Positions 27,188 to 34,803 of a stretch of 64,000 nt of DNA are shown here, in pieces. The stretch is taken from the IMG/VR virus record IMGVR_UViG_3300045988_130750, positions 32,001 to 96,000 of that record; one strand, written 5' to 3'. The translations under genes were made by a program, and so were the position numbers. The notes beneath the pieces were generated by a model. The model saw nothing but the letters and a program-made list of their open reading frames with translations, did not search any database and was not told the DNA's origin. The DNA comes from a virus. The stretch's first letter is position 1. Each line of letters begins with the position of its first letter.

Positions 27188-27235
27188 GATAACGGCTCAC
27201 GCTGGGTTAGCAGGGTTCGATTCCCTGCTTATCCT
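27187..27235 (+). other. tRNA-like structure 2 (acceptor + D-like + T arm, no anticodon arm)
   Basis: GGATAA (27187-27192) pairs with TTATCC (27229-27234). T arm CAGGG-TTCGATT-CCCTG. The D-loop-like GCTCACGCTGGGTTAGC has no room for an anticodon stem. It starts on the last base of the upstream TAG stop. Confidence 0.5.
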
Positions 27236-27295
27236 TTAAAAACTATAAACGCAAATTAGGGCTACAAGTCTGCCCATTTTTAAGGAGGAATCACC

Positions 27296-27769
27296 ATGAT
27301 TAAGCATGAACCAAAATTTTATGTGCGACTTTGCAAGGGGAAATCTGTAAATTTCCCTGATAATTTTACAATCTATCCTGGTTCGATTTATGGACGTTTT
27401 CAAGACTCAAAAGGCAAACGTATTTTCTGGGTGTGTGATTCTTACACACTATCAGATGATAAACTTCCAGTGCATATTTTTAATGGATTATACTGGAAAT
27501 TATGCCTAGTTTCTGTGGATCATCCATGCTATCAGTGGGTAAAGTCTGCGATTGAATCAATGGGTAAAGTGCCTAAAATTCAAAAGGAAAATGTAACTTT
27601 TGATGATTGTAAAAATATGATGAAGTCATATTCTTTGCATAAAAAAGGAATTGGTTCACGGATTAACACGCACCAAATCAACAACCCGTTGCAATGGAAT
27701 GAGGTCACTGAAACTGCGCATTGGTATGGTAAAGGAAACGCAAGCGTAGTTGCGTCAAATATTAGATAG
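27296..27769 (+). CDS. Hypothetical protein
   Basis: 157-aa ORF with AAGGAGGAATCACCATG start context. Confidence 0.75.
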   Translation: MIKHEPKFYVRLCKGKSVNFPDNFTIYPGSIYGRFQDSKGKRIFWVCDSYTLSDDKLPVHIFNGLYWKLCLVSVDHPCYQWVKSAIESMGKVPKIQKENVTFDDCKNMMKSYSLHKKGIGSRINTHQINNPLQWNEVTETAHWYGKGNASVVASNIR

Positions 27770-27784
27770 TTGGAGGGAAATACT

Positions 27785-28024
27785 ATGCTTAACACACTTG
27801 ATATGTACGGGATTTGTCACGAAATTTACAGGGATTTTAGGGGAAAATCTGTCTATGAAAAGACAGATGAAAATATACTTAATGTTATTTTTATGCTTTA
27901 TAATACAACAGAGATAGACTGCGAAGAAATTCGAGATTTATGGATTGAGTACCTTACAAAAGGGAGTTTGTCTATTCCTACAATGATACAACGTGCAAAA
28001 ATGCGCAGTTATAAGGCAAGCTAA
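27785..28024 (+). CDS. Hypothetical small protein
   Basis: ATG at 27785 after GGAGGG; the track start at 27770 is a TTG. Confidence 0.7.
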   Translation: MLNTLDMYGICHEIYRDFRGKSVYEKTDENILNVIFMLYNTTEIDCEEIRDLWIEYLTKGSLSIPTMIQRAKMRSYKAS

Positions 28025-28033
28025 ATACTTGCC

Positions 28034-28083
28034 TTCCGTCTTACGGTGAAAGTCCGTAACCGATGAGCAGAAGCGAAACGGAA
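28034..28083 (+). ncRNA. Hammerhead ribozyme type-III-like motif (one core deviation, U4 to C)
   Basis: TTCCGT-C | TTACGG-TGAAAGT-CCGTAA | CCGATGA | GC-AGAA-GC | GAA | ACGGAA. GUC cleavage triplet, A15.1-U16.1 pair, G10.1-C11.1 pair. The core is CUGAUGA/GAAA except at position 4. Confidence 0.45.
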
Positions 28084-28158
28084 ATTGTAAAGGAGGCTGA
28101 TTATATGGTATCATATTAACTAGGCTATATGCCTAATAAACACAAATGGAGGATTACC

Positions 28159-28422
28159 ATGTTAAAAATCAATGAATGGTCTGTAAACCGTAGAATAGAA
28201 TCTTTACGTCAGATGGATAAAATGCTATCTGAAATGAACGTAGGATCTCGCTATACTATATGGCAGGAATACGGTGGAGGACTAAAGGCAACCGCAGACG
28301 AAACACGCGCAAACTGGAAACGCATTGCAGAAGATGATGAGCTATATCAAAATGCATTATTCTGTTATATGGTTTGCACACTTGAAAAGCAAACTCTCAA
28401 AGGTTGGGAAAACGTAAAATAG
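28159..28422 (+). CDS. Hypothetical small protein
   Basis: ATG at 28159 after AATGGAGG; the track start is 28129. Confidence 0.65.
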   Translation: MLKINEWSVNRRIESLRQMDKMLSEMNVGSRYTIWQEYGGGLKATADETRANWKRIAEDDELYQNALFCYMVCTLEKQTLKGWENVK

Positions 28423-28514
28423 TCTGCGAATTAGGGCAAGGGAAACTTTGCCCTTTTACAAAATGGAAATTATATGCTAGAATTGGAGGTGAAAAAACAT
28501 TGGAGGCATATAAA

Positions 28515-28811
28515 GTGAAAGTAAGTTATAATAGGCTTTTTAACAAGTTAAAAGAAAATAGCGTAACACAAAAGCAATTTAGGGAAACCGTTGGAATTGG
28601 TGGAACTACTATGGCAAAACTAAAAAACAATGAATCAATCACGATAGATACTATATGTAACATTTGTGATTATTTTCGCTGTATGCCTGATGAAATAATG
28701 GAATTTATTCCAGAATCCAATTATCCAGCAGACATTATAGAAAAGCAAAGACAAAAAGAAGAGGTACAATCTCAAATCGCCTCTCTCCAAGCAAAACTAA
28801 AACAAATGTAA
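28515..28811 (+). CDS. XRE-family helix-turn-helix protein
   Basis: GTG at 28515 after TGGAGG. VTQKQFRETVGIGGTTMAKLKNNESITIDTICNICDYF is a Cro/C1-type HTH. The longer track ORF starts at 28404. Confidence 0.7.
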   Translation: MKVSYNRLFNKLKENSVTQKQFRETVGIGGTTMAKLKNNESITIDTICNICDYFRCMPDEIMEFIPESNYPADIIEKQRQKEEVQSQIASLQAKLKQM

Positions 28812-28864
28812 ATAACCATCACCCACAAAGCACCCACGTAGGCAAACTACAAGGAGTAAGGATA

Positions 28865-29155
28865 ATGAGTAAAGCGAAAATAAATCCCAGGGGTTCTTCC
28901 TGGGATGAACTTGAGAAACAGTTGTTTAGTCCACAAGAGATTGCAGAAAGTGAAGCTAGAGTTGCAATTATCAACGAAATGATAAACGCAAGGGAAGAAA
29001 ATGGAATCACACAAAAACAACTTGAAGTAATGAGTGGAATTAAACAACCTGTTATTTCAAGAATGGAAAAGGGAATGACTGATCCACAGTTATCCACGGT
29101 TTTAAAGATTTTAAATTCATTAGGAAAAACAATTAAAATTGTACCTATGAAATAA
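28865..29155 (+). CDS. XRE-family HTH protein (antitoxin-like architecture)
   Basis: 96 aa. ITQKQLEVMSGIKQPVISRMEKGMTDPQLSTVLKILNSLG. Confidence 0.75.
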   Translation: MSKAKINPRGSSWDELEKQLFSPQEIAESEARVAIINEMINAREENGITQKQLEVMSGIKQPVISRMEKGMTDPQLSTVLKILNSLGKTIKIVPMK

Positions 29156-29250
29156 AAAAAGAAAATACATTGCGTAAAAATAAAATGAATAAATTACGGA
29201 GATACTCTGTATATTAGGTATAATATGCAGAGGATAATTAAATGAGCAAT

Positions 29251-29291
29251 AGCATCTAATGGAAACAAAAATCTGTTAGGTGCTATTTTTA
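29251..29291 (+). terminator. Rho-independent terminator (could also end a short transcript from TATAAT at about 29218)
   Basis: AGCATCTAA (29251-29259) pairs with TTAGGTGCT (29276-29284), then ATTTTTA. Confidence 0.5.
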
Positions 29292-29325
29292 TACCCAAAA
29301 ATGCAAATCAAAAGGAGGAAACCAC

Positions 29326-29553
29326 ATGAAAGCGAAAGTAATTTACATCATCGCAACAGCAGCACTCACATTATCAGCCTTTTTTACAGGCAAATTCACA
29401 GCACCAACCGTAATAAAAACGGAAACACCTACAGCATCGCAAACAAATAACTCTGACATGCTCAATATGAATACTGTCACAGATTTTGAAGCAACAAAAA
29501 CAGGATTAATGCTTTATACAAGCAATGGTGACGGATATTATTGGGAAAAATAA
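29326..29553 (+). CDS. Small secreted/membrane-anchored protein
   Basis: AAAGGAGG SD. Hydrophobic N-terminus MKAKVIYIIATAALTLSAFF. Confidence 0.7.
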   Translation: MKAKVIYIIATAALTLSAFFTGKFTAPTVIKTETPTASQTNNSDMLNMNTVTDFEATKTGLMLYTSNGDGYYWEK

Positions 29554-29588
29554 AATGGAAAAGAGAATAAAGGCAAAGGAGGTGTAAG

Positions 29589-29927
29589 ATGAAAAATATA
29601 TTATTTACAATTAAAACTGTCTATAGTGAAGAAAATTACTTTTTAAAGGCAAATGAAGAACAACCGATTGAATCACAAATTGACAACGCATTAGCAGAGA
29701 TATGTTTCTGCGATGCTTATGAGATTATCTCATATAAAGAAGTACCAAATGAATACGTTGAGCAAAGGGGAAGTCTCATAAAAGAATATGAGAAATTTTC
29801 TAACGAATCGGTTGAAGATACTTTTATGAATTGGAAATATGCAACTTTAGAAATAATTCAAAGCGAAATTGAATGCATAAAGCAAAGGAGGATGAAAGAT
29901 GTCAGAAAAACAGAAAGCAATTCATAA
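29589..29927 (+). CDS. Hypothetical protein
   Basis: 112-aa ORF with AAGGAGGTG SD. Confidence 0.7.
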   Translation: MKNILFTIKTVYSEENYFLKANEEQPIESQIDNALAEICFCDAYEIISYKEVPNEYVEQRGSLIKEYEKFSNESVEDTFMNWKYATLEIIQSEIECIKQRRMKDVRKTESNS

Positions 29928-30075
29928 TGCCTATTGCGACTATGAAGTAACAAAGGCAAAACAACCGTCACGGATTTATTCTGTTCGATTAGAAGTAAAA
30001 CGTAAACCACAGGGAATTAAAACTTATAACATGAGTAGAGCGATATTAGCAAGACAGTTAGCATCGCTTTTTTAA
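29899..30075 (+). CDS. Hypothetical 58-aa protein (below the track cutoff)
   Basis: AAAGGAGG lies 7 nt before ATG. Reads MSEKQKAIHNAYCDYEVTKAKQ...ARQLASLF*. Overlaps the previous ORF end. Confidence 0.55.
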   Translation: MSEKQKAIHNAYCDYEVTKAKQPSRIYSVRLEVKRKPQGIKTYNMSRAILARQLASLF

Positions 30076-30089
30076 AGGAGGAAAAATAA

Positions 30090-30380
30090 ATGCAAACAAT
30101 AACTTATACAGAAATGCCAAATGGAGCACGGTATTTATCTACAGAAGGCAAACAGATGGATATTATGAACGTTTTAACACAAAAGGAATTTAAAGAGAAA
30201 TTCCCGGAAGTCTCCACATATGGAATTGAAATGCATATGCCTGTATTCCTCGAAAATGGAGAAATCCTCTTAGATACACAATGGAACGGAGAACAATATC
30301 TTGTAAATGGAAAATCATACTCACCGTTTTATAAGGAAACAGAAGAAGATACGGAAATTATTGGCTACTATGAAGATTAA
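30090..30380 (+). CDS. Hypothetical protein
   Basis: 96-aa ORF with AAAGGAGG SD. Confidence 0.7.
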   Translation: MQTITYTEMPNGARYLSTEGKQMDIMNVLTQKEFKEKFPEVSTYGIEMHMPVFLENGEILLDTQWNGEQYLVNGKSYSPFYKETEEDTEIIGYYED

Positions 30381-30401
30381 GACAAAGGGAGGAAAACGCA
30401 A

Positions 30402-30623
30402 ATGTTTCATTTTAGAATCATCACCACACCAGACGGAAACCAGATCATAGACAGAAATTTGTCTACACCATACGAATCACTCACACCAACACAAATGGTT
30501 GAGTACACAGAAATAGATAATCAGCTTACGATCATGGATAGATTGGAACGCAAAGCAAGGGAAAGAGCAAAACAAAAACAGAAATGGTGTAAAAGACTTG
30601 CATCGGCTTGTGGACTGTTATAG
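30402..30623 (+). CDS. Hypothetical protein
   Basis: 73-aa ORF with AGGGAGG SD. Confidence 0.7.
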   Translation: MFHFRIITTPDGNQIIDRNLSTPYESLTPTQMVEYTEIDNQLTIMDRLERKARERAKQKQKWCKRLASACGLL

Positions 30624-30635
30624 AAGGAAGAAATC

Positions 30636-30758
30636 ATGGAAGAATTGTTATTAAATCGAATGTTAAAGGCAAATTATTATGCATTGTTTATAGCAATTAC
30701 AAAGAATATGAGTGCTAAGAGTGCATTAAAATTACTAGGGATTTACCCTGAAAAATAG
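30636..30758 (+). CDS. Hypothetical 40-aa protein (below the track cutoff)
   Basis: ATG after GAAGGAAG. Reads MEELLLNRMLKANYYALFIAITKNMSAKSALKLLGIYPEK*. Confidence 0.4.
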   Translation: MEELLLNRMLKANYYALFIAITKNMSAKSALKLLGIYPEK

Positions 30759-30773
30759 AGGAGGAAGGCAAAA

Positions 30774-30896
30774 ATGAATAAAATGAAAGGCTATACCGTT
30801 CCAAACGGTTACATGGGATATGTGAATGGAAAATATATGTTGTTTGAAACAGAAAAAGCATACCATGAATATCTTCTTATGGAGGTCGAAGTATGA
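30774..30896 (+). CDS. Hypothetical 40-aa protein (below the track cutoff)
   Basis: GAGGAGGAAGG SD. Reads MNKMKGYTVPNGYMGYVNGKYMLFETEKAYHEYLLMEVEV*. The stop overlaps the next ATG. Confidence 0.5.
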   Translation: MNKMKGYTVPNGYMGYVNGKYMLFETEKAYHEYLLMEVEV

Positions 30897-31045
30897 GCGA
30901 AAAACAAGTAAGAGAAATCAAACGCAATCTTTGCATAAACTGTTGTGATAAACATTTTTGTCACGGAATGCAAAGTTGTAAAGATGCAAACGAATATTTA
31001 AAGAAGGGAAGTGATTTGAATGGCAAATTTAATTCACTTATTTAA
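30893..31045 (+). CDS. Hypothetical 50-aa Cys-rich protein (below the track cutoff)
   Basis: ATGA overlap with the previous ORF. Reads MSEKQVREIKRNLCINCCDKHFCHGMQSCKD... Confidence 0.5.
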   Translation: MSEKQVREIKRNLCINCCDKHFCHGMQSCKDANEYLKKGSDLNGKFNSLI

Positions 31046-31217
31046 AGTGGGTCAGGAAGTCCGTTGCAATATGGATGGTACTTTTTATAAGGGAACTGTA
31101 AAAGAAACATATACAGATCATATTATTGTAGACATTCCAGAAATATCAGATCATTGTTGGTTTGAAAATAATCTTAATATGGATTGTGTATATCCAGAAA
31201 ATAACTTTAGTAACTAA
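31020..31217 (+). CDS. Hypothetical small protein (KVGQEV...G.V SH3-like paralogue family)
   Basis: 65-aa ORF. Similar N-terminal pattern to the ORFs at 33417, 37482, 42295 and 51636. Confidence 0.6.
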   Translation: MANLIHLFKVGQEVRCNMDGTFYKGTVKETYTDHIIVDIPEISDHCWFENNLNMDCVYPENNFSN

Positions 31218-31281
31218 ACGGCAAGGGAAACCAAGCCGTTATTTTTATGCAAAAAAATCAAATTCAAGGAGGATATAAAAA

Positions 31282-32214
31282 ATGGGTAAAACAAGAAAGG
31301 TAGAACCAAGTGTAATTGAAAAAGAAATGCAGGAATCACGGAACAAGGCAAAATTTGTTGATGAAGTAGAAAGAATTTCAATCGAACAAATGGTTGAGAG
31401 TTCAAAGGCAAATAACAGGATTGGAGACAAAATTCTTATGGTAATCAATCCATTATATGTGCATATTCCAGAATGGCAGAGACAATGTGATGTTATTGCA
31501 GCAACGGAAATTGGAACGCATTATGATAAACACAAATGGGAAATCCCGAAATTATTATATTTTGATGGAAAACTTTGGTGTGTAGATGGTATGCATAGAA
31601 TTTATGGAGCTTATAAGGGAAATATAAAATCTGTTATCTGTGAAATTATTGAATGCTCTATGAAAGATGCTATTGAATTATTTTTAGGGCAGACAGATGA
31701 CAGACGGAAAATGTCACAAGTTGATTATTACAAAGCTGCCATTGCTCTTGGTGATGAAAGATATATTGGGTTAAAAACCATTTGCAATAGTCATAATGTG
31801 GCTGTAAAGGGAGATCCAATTGAAAATCAGGTTGGTATTTTCACACCGATTAAAGATGGTATTCGGTCAATCGAAAAGAATGGAACAGAATTACTTGATA
31901 GGATTATTAATCTTATCACTGATTTGCAGTGGAATGGGTATGCAGATACATACAATGGGAAGGCATATACAGCAAAATATATCAGGGTGATGCATTCACT
32001 ATATGCATATTATGAAGGCAGAACAGAACAAATGGAGAATATCTTAAAAGAGAAATGCATTGGTACAGAGTTTTTTGTAGAAAATATTATGAACTTGGAA
32101 CAGTGTGCAGTATTTGATTATCTGTCAGAAATTGTTCGCTATGAAATGGAAAGTCCATTTACAGAAAAGAAACGTAAAACAACAAAGAAAACAGCAAAGG
32201 TAAATGTAATATAA
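31282..32214 (+). CDS. ParB-fold / DGQHR-like domain protein
   Basis: AAGGAGG SD. IPEWQRQCD...LWCVDGMHRIYG resembles the ParB/DndB-type (DGQHR) core. Confidence 0.6.
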   Translation: MGKTRKVEPSVIEKEMQESRNKAKFVDEVERISIEQMVESSKANNRIGDKILMVINPLYVHIPEWQRQCDVIAATEIGTHYDKHKWEIPKLLYFDGKLWCVDGMHRIYGAYKGNIKSVICEIIECSMKDAIELFLGQTDDRRKMSQVDYYKAAIALGDERYIGLKTICNSHNVAVKGDPIENQVGIFTPIKDGIRSIEKNGTELLDRIINLITDLQWNGYADTYNGKAYTAKYIRVMHSLYAYYEGRTEQMENILKEKCIGTEFFVENIMNLEQCAVFDYLSEIVRYEMESPFTEKKRKTTKKTAKVNVI

Positions 32215-32252
32215 AAAAGAATAACATTATAATAAGGAAAGGATTGAATCAT

Positions 32253-32453
32253 ATGGCATATAGAAAAACGAAACAGTTAAGAGAATTTGAGCCTATTTTA
32301 TATAAGAACGGTTACAGATTCGCACGGTGTAAGGGAAGTCATTTTATTTATATGAATCGGACAACTCATAAAACGATTGTAGTAAATAAGGATTTAAACA
32401 AAATGGTAAAAGAACGATTAATAAAGGATAATAATTTAGTGGAGGCAAAGTAA
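32253..32453 (+). CDS. hicA: HicA-like mRNA interferase toxin
   Basis: MAYRKTKQLREFEPILYKNGYRFARCKGSHFIYMN...TIVVNKDLNKMVKERLIK matches the HicA pattern (G[FY]...KGSH). Confidence 0.65.
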   Translation: MAYRKTKQLREFEPILYKNGYRFARCKGSHFIYMNRTTHKTIVVNKDLNKMVKERLIKDNNLVEAK

Positions 32454-32454
32454 T

Positions 32455-32694
32455 ATGACAAGAGAAGATTTTACAGAACGGAAAGTAGAAACATTGGAAA
32501 GATTAAACAGTATATCAGAATCTTTGACCTCTGCAACCATGAATCATTATGATAAAAGTGAGGATGCAGATTTAGAAGAAATCGCAGACAGCGTAAGTGC
32601 GGATGTGGAATCCATCAAAGGATATCTTGAACAGCTTGAAAGCATGATTGGAGATATTGAAGAATTACAGTGTTATGAAAGTAACATTGAATAA
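32455..32694 (+). CDS. Hypothetical acidic protein immediately after hicA-like gene (possible cognate antitoxin, not HicB-like)
   Basis: 79-aa ORF. GGAGGCAAAGTAATATG; the start lies 1 nt after the hicA stop. Confidence 0.65.
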   Translation: MTREDFTERKVETLERLNSISESLTSATMNHYDKSEDADLEEIADSVSADVESIKGYLEQLESMIGDIEELQCYESNIE

Positions 32695-32771
32695 GACGAA
32701 GATTGTTAAGTGAAATGAGAAGAGAAATTACAAAGGTGTAATTCATAAGATTGGAAAGGATGGATATAAAA

Positions 32772-32906
32772 ATGAACAAATTTTTAATTGAAATTGAATG
32801 TGACGGAGATATTAATGTCGAAGGAATGGAAAATCTATTAAAAAATATGATGGATAATCAAGTTAATTGTACAGAAACGACAATTGTTGTGAGAGAAGAT
32901 GAGTAA
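32772..32906 (+). CDS. Hypothetical 44-aa protein (below the track cutoff)
   Basis: GGAAAGGATGGATATAAAAATG. Reads MNKFLIEIECDGDINVEGMENLLKNMMDNQVNCTETTIVVREDE*. Confidence 0.5.
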   Translation: MNKFLIEIECDGDINVEGMENLLKNMMDNQVNCTETTIVVREDE

Positions 32907-32938
32907 ATGTGTATTTCATTAGAATTGGAGGAACAGAT

Positions 32939-33118
32939 ATGGAATTTTCAGAAATGGATGAAGTAAGAGTAAGAACTTATGGTGGTGCTATTGGCACTAT
33001 TGAAAGGGTTATATATGAAATGGTAGATAGTAAGGAAACAGATAATGTATATTGCTATGAAATGGAAATCAATGGTAAACATGGAGTCATAGTCTATCCA
33101 GACGAGATTGACGAATAA
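32939..33118 (+). CDS. Hypothetical small protein
   Basis: ATG at 32939 after TTGGAGG; the track start at 32909 is a GTG inside the intergenic motif. Confidence 0.65.
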   Translation: MEFSEMDEVRVRTYGGAIGTIERVIYEMVDSKETDNVYCYEMEINGKHGVIVYPDEIDE

Positions 33119-33170
33119 AGCTGATTGTAGAATAGTAAATGCGTGTTTCATTAGAAGGTAGGTGAAGGAT

Positions 33171-33383
33171 ATGAAAGTAACAAAGAAATTAGAAGAATTG
33201 TTAGAAAAAGCATCTAAAAAACTTGATGCTGCACAAGATGCTAGAAGCGAAGTTATGGACTATCTTGAGGAGCATTATGGGATAGATACAAGAGAGGAAT
33301 ATGAAGAAATAGAAGATCAATGTACATGGTGCTATGGAATTGATAAAGATAGTGTAAGAAAATTGATTGAAAAGGCAAAATAA
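33171..33383 (+). CDS. Hypothetical small acidic protein
   Basis: ATG at 33171 after GGTAGGTGAAGG. Confidence 0.65.
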   Translation: MKVTKKLEELLEKASKKLDAAQDARSEVMDYLEEHYGIDTREEYEEIEDQCTWCYGIDKDSVRKLIEKAK

Positions 33384-33416
33384 ATTCGCATTTCTTTAGA
33401 AGATTGGAGAAATAAA

Positions 33417-33593
33417 ATGAAATTTAATAAAGACGACAGAGTATTTCATAGAGGATTAAAAAGATATGGAATATATGTAGATGATGATTGGGCTTCCGAT
33501 GATAGTTGTTATGTTAAGTTTGACAACGAGGATAATCCGGATGATGTATTGTGTGTATCGAAAAACTGGTTAGATAACGTAAAGGAGAAATAA
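33417..33593 (+). CDS. Hypothetical 58-aa protein (below the track cutoff; DRVFH paralogue of 42295-42525)
   Basis: TTGGAGAAATAAAATG. Reads MKFNKDDRVFHRGLKRYGIYVDDDWASDDSCYVKFDNEDNPDDVLCVSKNWLDNVKEK*. Confidence 0.6.
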   Translation: MKFNKDDRVFHRGLKRYGIYVDDDWASDDSCYVKFDNEDNPDDVLCVSKNWLDNVKEK

Positions 33594-33595
33594 AA

Positions 33596-33793
33596 ATGGG
33601 ATTAGAAGAGATTTTAAAAGAACTTGGAGCAGACATTCCCTTTGATGAGAAAGGAGATTTAACTTCAAATGGAGCTGACGCATATGAGAAGTTAATCAAT
33701 GTAGTAACAGGATTAAATAGTATTGGTGCTATTCAAGAGAAACCAGATGACATTGAAAGTTATTGTGATGAAATAGTGAGATTGGGATTCTAA
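33596..33793 (+). CDS. Hypothetical small protein
   Basis: 65-aa ORF with AAAGGAG SD. Confidence 0.7.
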   Translation: MGLEEILKELGADIPFDEKGDLTSNGADAYEKLINVVTGLNSIGAIQEKPDDIESYCDEIVRLGF

Positions 33794-33834
33794 TGAAACT
33801 AAGATTTCTTGGTATGATTGGAGGCAAAAAATCA

Positions 33835-34047
33835 ATGGAAAATAAACCTTATGCAATAGCAGTACGAATTTATGAATTAAATGGAACAACGATGGCAGAT
33901 ATTAAAACTTCTCCCTGTGATGGTTTGAGAACAGAAACGATAACATGGACAAAACCAGACGAAAGAGAAAGATTTTATTATAATGGTTATACGTTGATTT
34001 ATGATGAACGAATCAAAAATATAAAACCTTTTGAAGAAATTAAATAA
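33835..34047 (+). CDS. Hypothetical small protein
   Basis: ATG at 33835 after TTGGAGG; the track start is 33793. Confidence 0.65.
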   Translation: MENKPYAIAVRIYELNGTTMADIKTSPCDGLRTETITWTKPDERERFYYNGYTLIYDERIKNIKPFEEIK

Positions 34048-34060
34048 GGAGTGAAGCGAA

Positions 34061-34276
34061 ATGACAAACATTGAAAAGTCAAAAGAGGACGCACGGAACT
34101 TAAATGAACTCACGGATCATTTGATTAAATTACTTGAATCGGATGACAAGCGGTTCTCATTTGAATTTTGTGCAGGTGGCACAATGGAGATTTACGACAA
34201 AGAAAAAGAAATTGGGTATGCAGTTCATATTGTACCGATTGAATATGATGAGAACGGAAAAGCAATAAATTTATAA
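34061..34276 (+). CDS. Hypothetical small protein
   Basis: 71-aa ORF with AAGGAG SD. Confidence 0.7.
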   Translation: MTNIEKSKEDARNLNELTDHLIKLLESDDKRFSFEFCAGGTMEIYDKEKEIGYAVHIVPIEYDENGKAINL

Positions 34277-34286
34277 AGGAGACGAA

Positions 34287-34460
34287 ATGAATTACTTAGA
34301 GTATATTATCTATCATAATTGTGATAAAGGCAGAATCGTAGTACGACACACACAAAGATTTTTCACGAGTTATGAAGAAGCGAAAGCAAATGCAGAACAT
34401 TGGATAAAACAGAATTATCCGAATGAAGATGCAAACAATTTTGAAATATATGTTAAATAA
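34287..34460 (+). CDS. Hypothetical 57-aa protein (below the track cutoff)
   Basis: AAGGAGACGAAATG. Reads MNYLEYIIYHNCDKGRIVVRHTQRFFTSYEEAKANAEHWIKQNYPNEDANNFEIYVK*. Confidence 0.55.
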   Translation: MNYLEYIIYHNCDKGRIVVRHTQRFFTSYEEAKANAEHWIKQNYPNEDANNFEIYVK

Positions 34461-34466
34461 CGCAAA

Positions 34467-34505
34467 GGCAGTTAGGAGAATAAATACCTAGCTGCCTATT
34501 TTATT
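34467..34505 (+). terminator. Rho-independent terminator
   Basis: GGCAGTTAGG (34467-34476) pairs with CCTAGCTGCC (34487-34496), then TATTTTATT. Confidence 0.6.
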
Positions 34506-34520
34506 ACAAGAAAGTGAGGA

Positions 34521-34784
34521 ATGAACATGAAACAATTTGATTTACCTGTAGTAAATAATATACGAAAATCATTTTACGGAAAAGCGAAAGTAACAGAGTT
34601 AGACAATGGAGACATTGAGCTGACAAGCTACAATACAGTCGTTTGCAGAATACATAATGGAGTTTTTCAGAGATTGTGGAATGGGTATTCAGCAACGACA
34701 ATGAGACATATCAATGCTTTTATTGGCTTCTATGGAATTGAAGGTGGAGGCAAAGCATGGTGGAACAGTTTAGAGATTGAATAA
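34521..34784 (+). CDS. Hypothetical protein
   Basis: 87-aa ORF with GTGAGGAATGAACATG context. Confidence 0.7.
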   Translation: MNMKQFDLPVVNNIRKSFYGKAKVTELDNGDIELTSYNTVVCRIHNGVFQRLWNGYSATTMRHINAFIGFYGIEGGGKAWWNSLEIE

Positions 34785-34803
34785 ATTAAGGAGGAAACGA
34801 ATT

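Noticed and set aside
28819-29097. Minus-strand ORFs 28819-29097 and 28847-29047; also 25364-25576, 26600-26824, 27580-27795 and other minus-strand ORFs in the rightward arm
   Set aside because: They are antisense to SD-preceded rightward genes, with Cys/Ser/Phe/Leu-rich shadow-frame composition.
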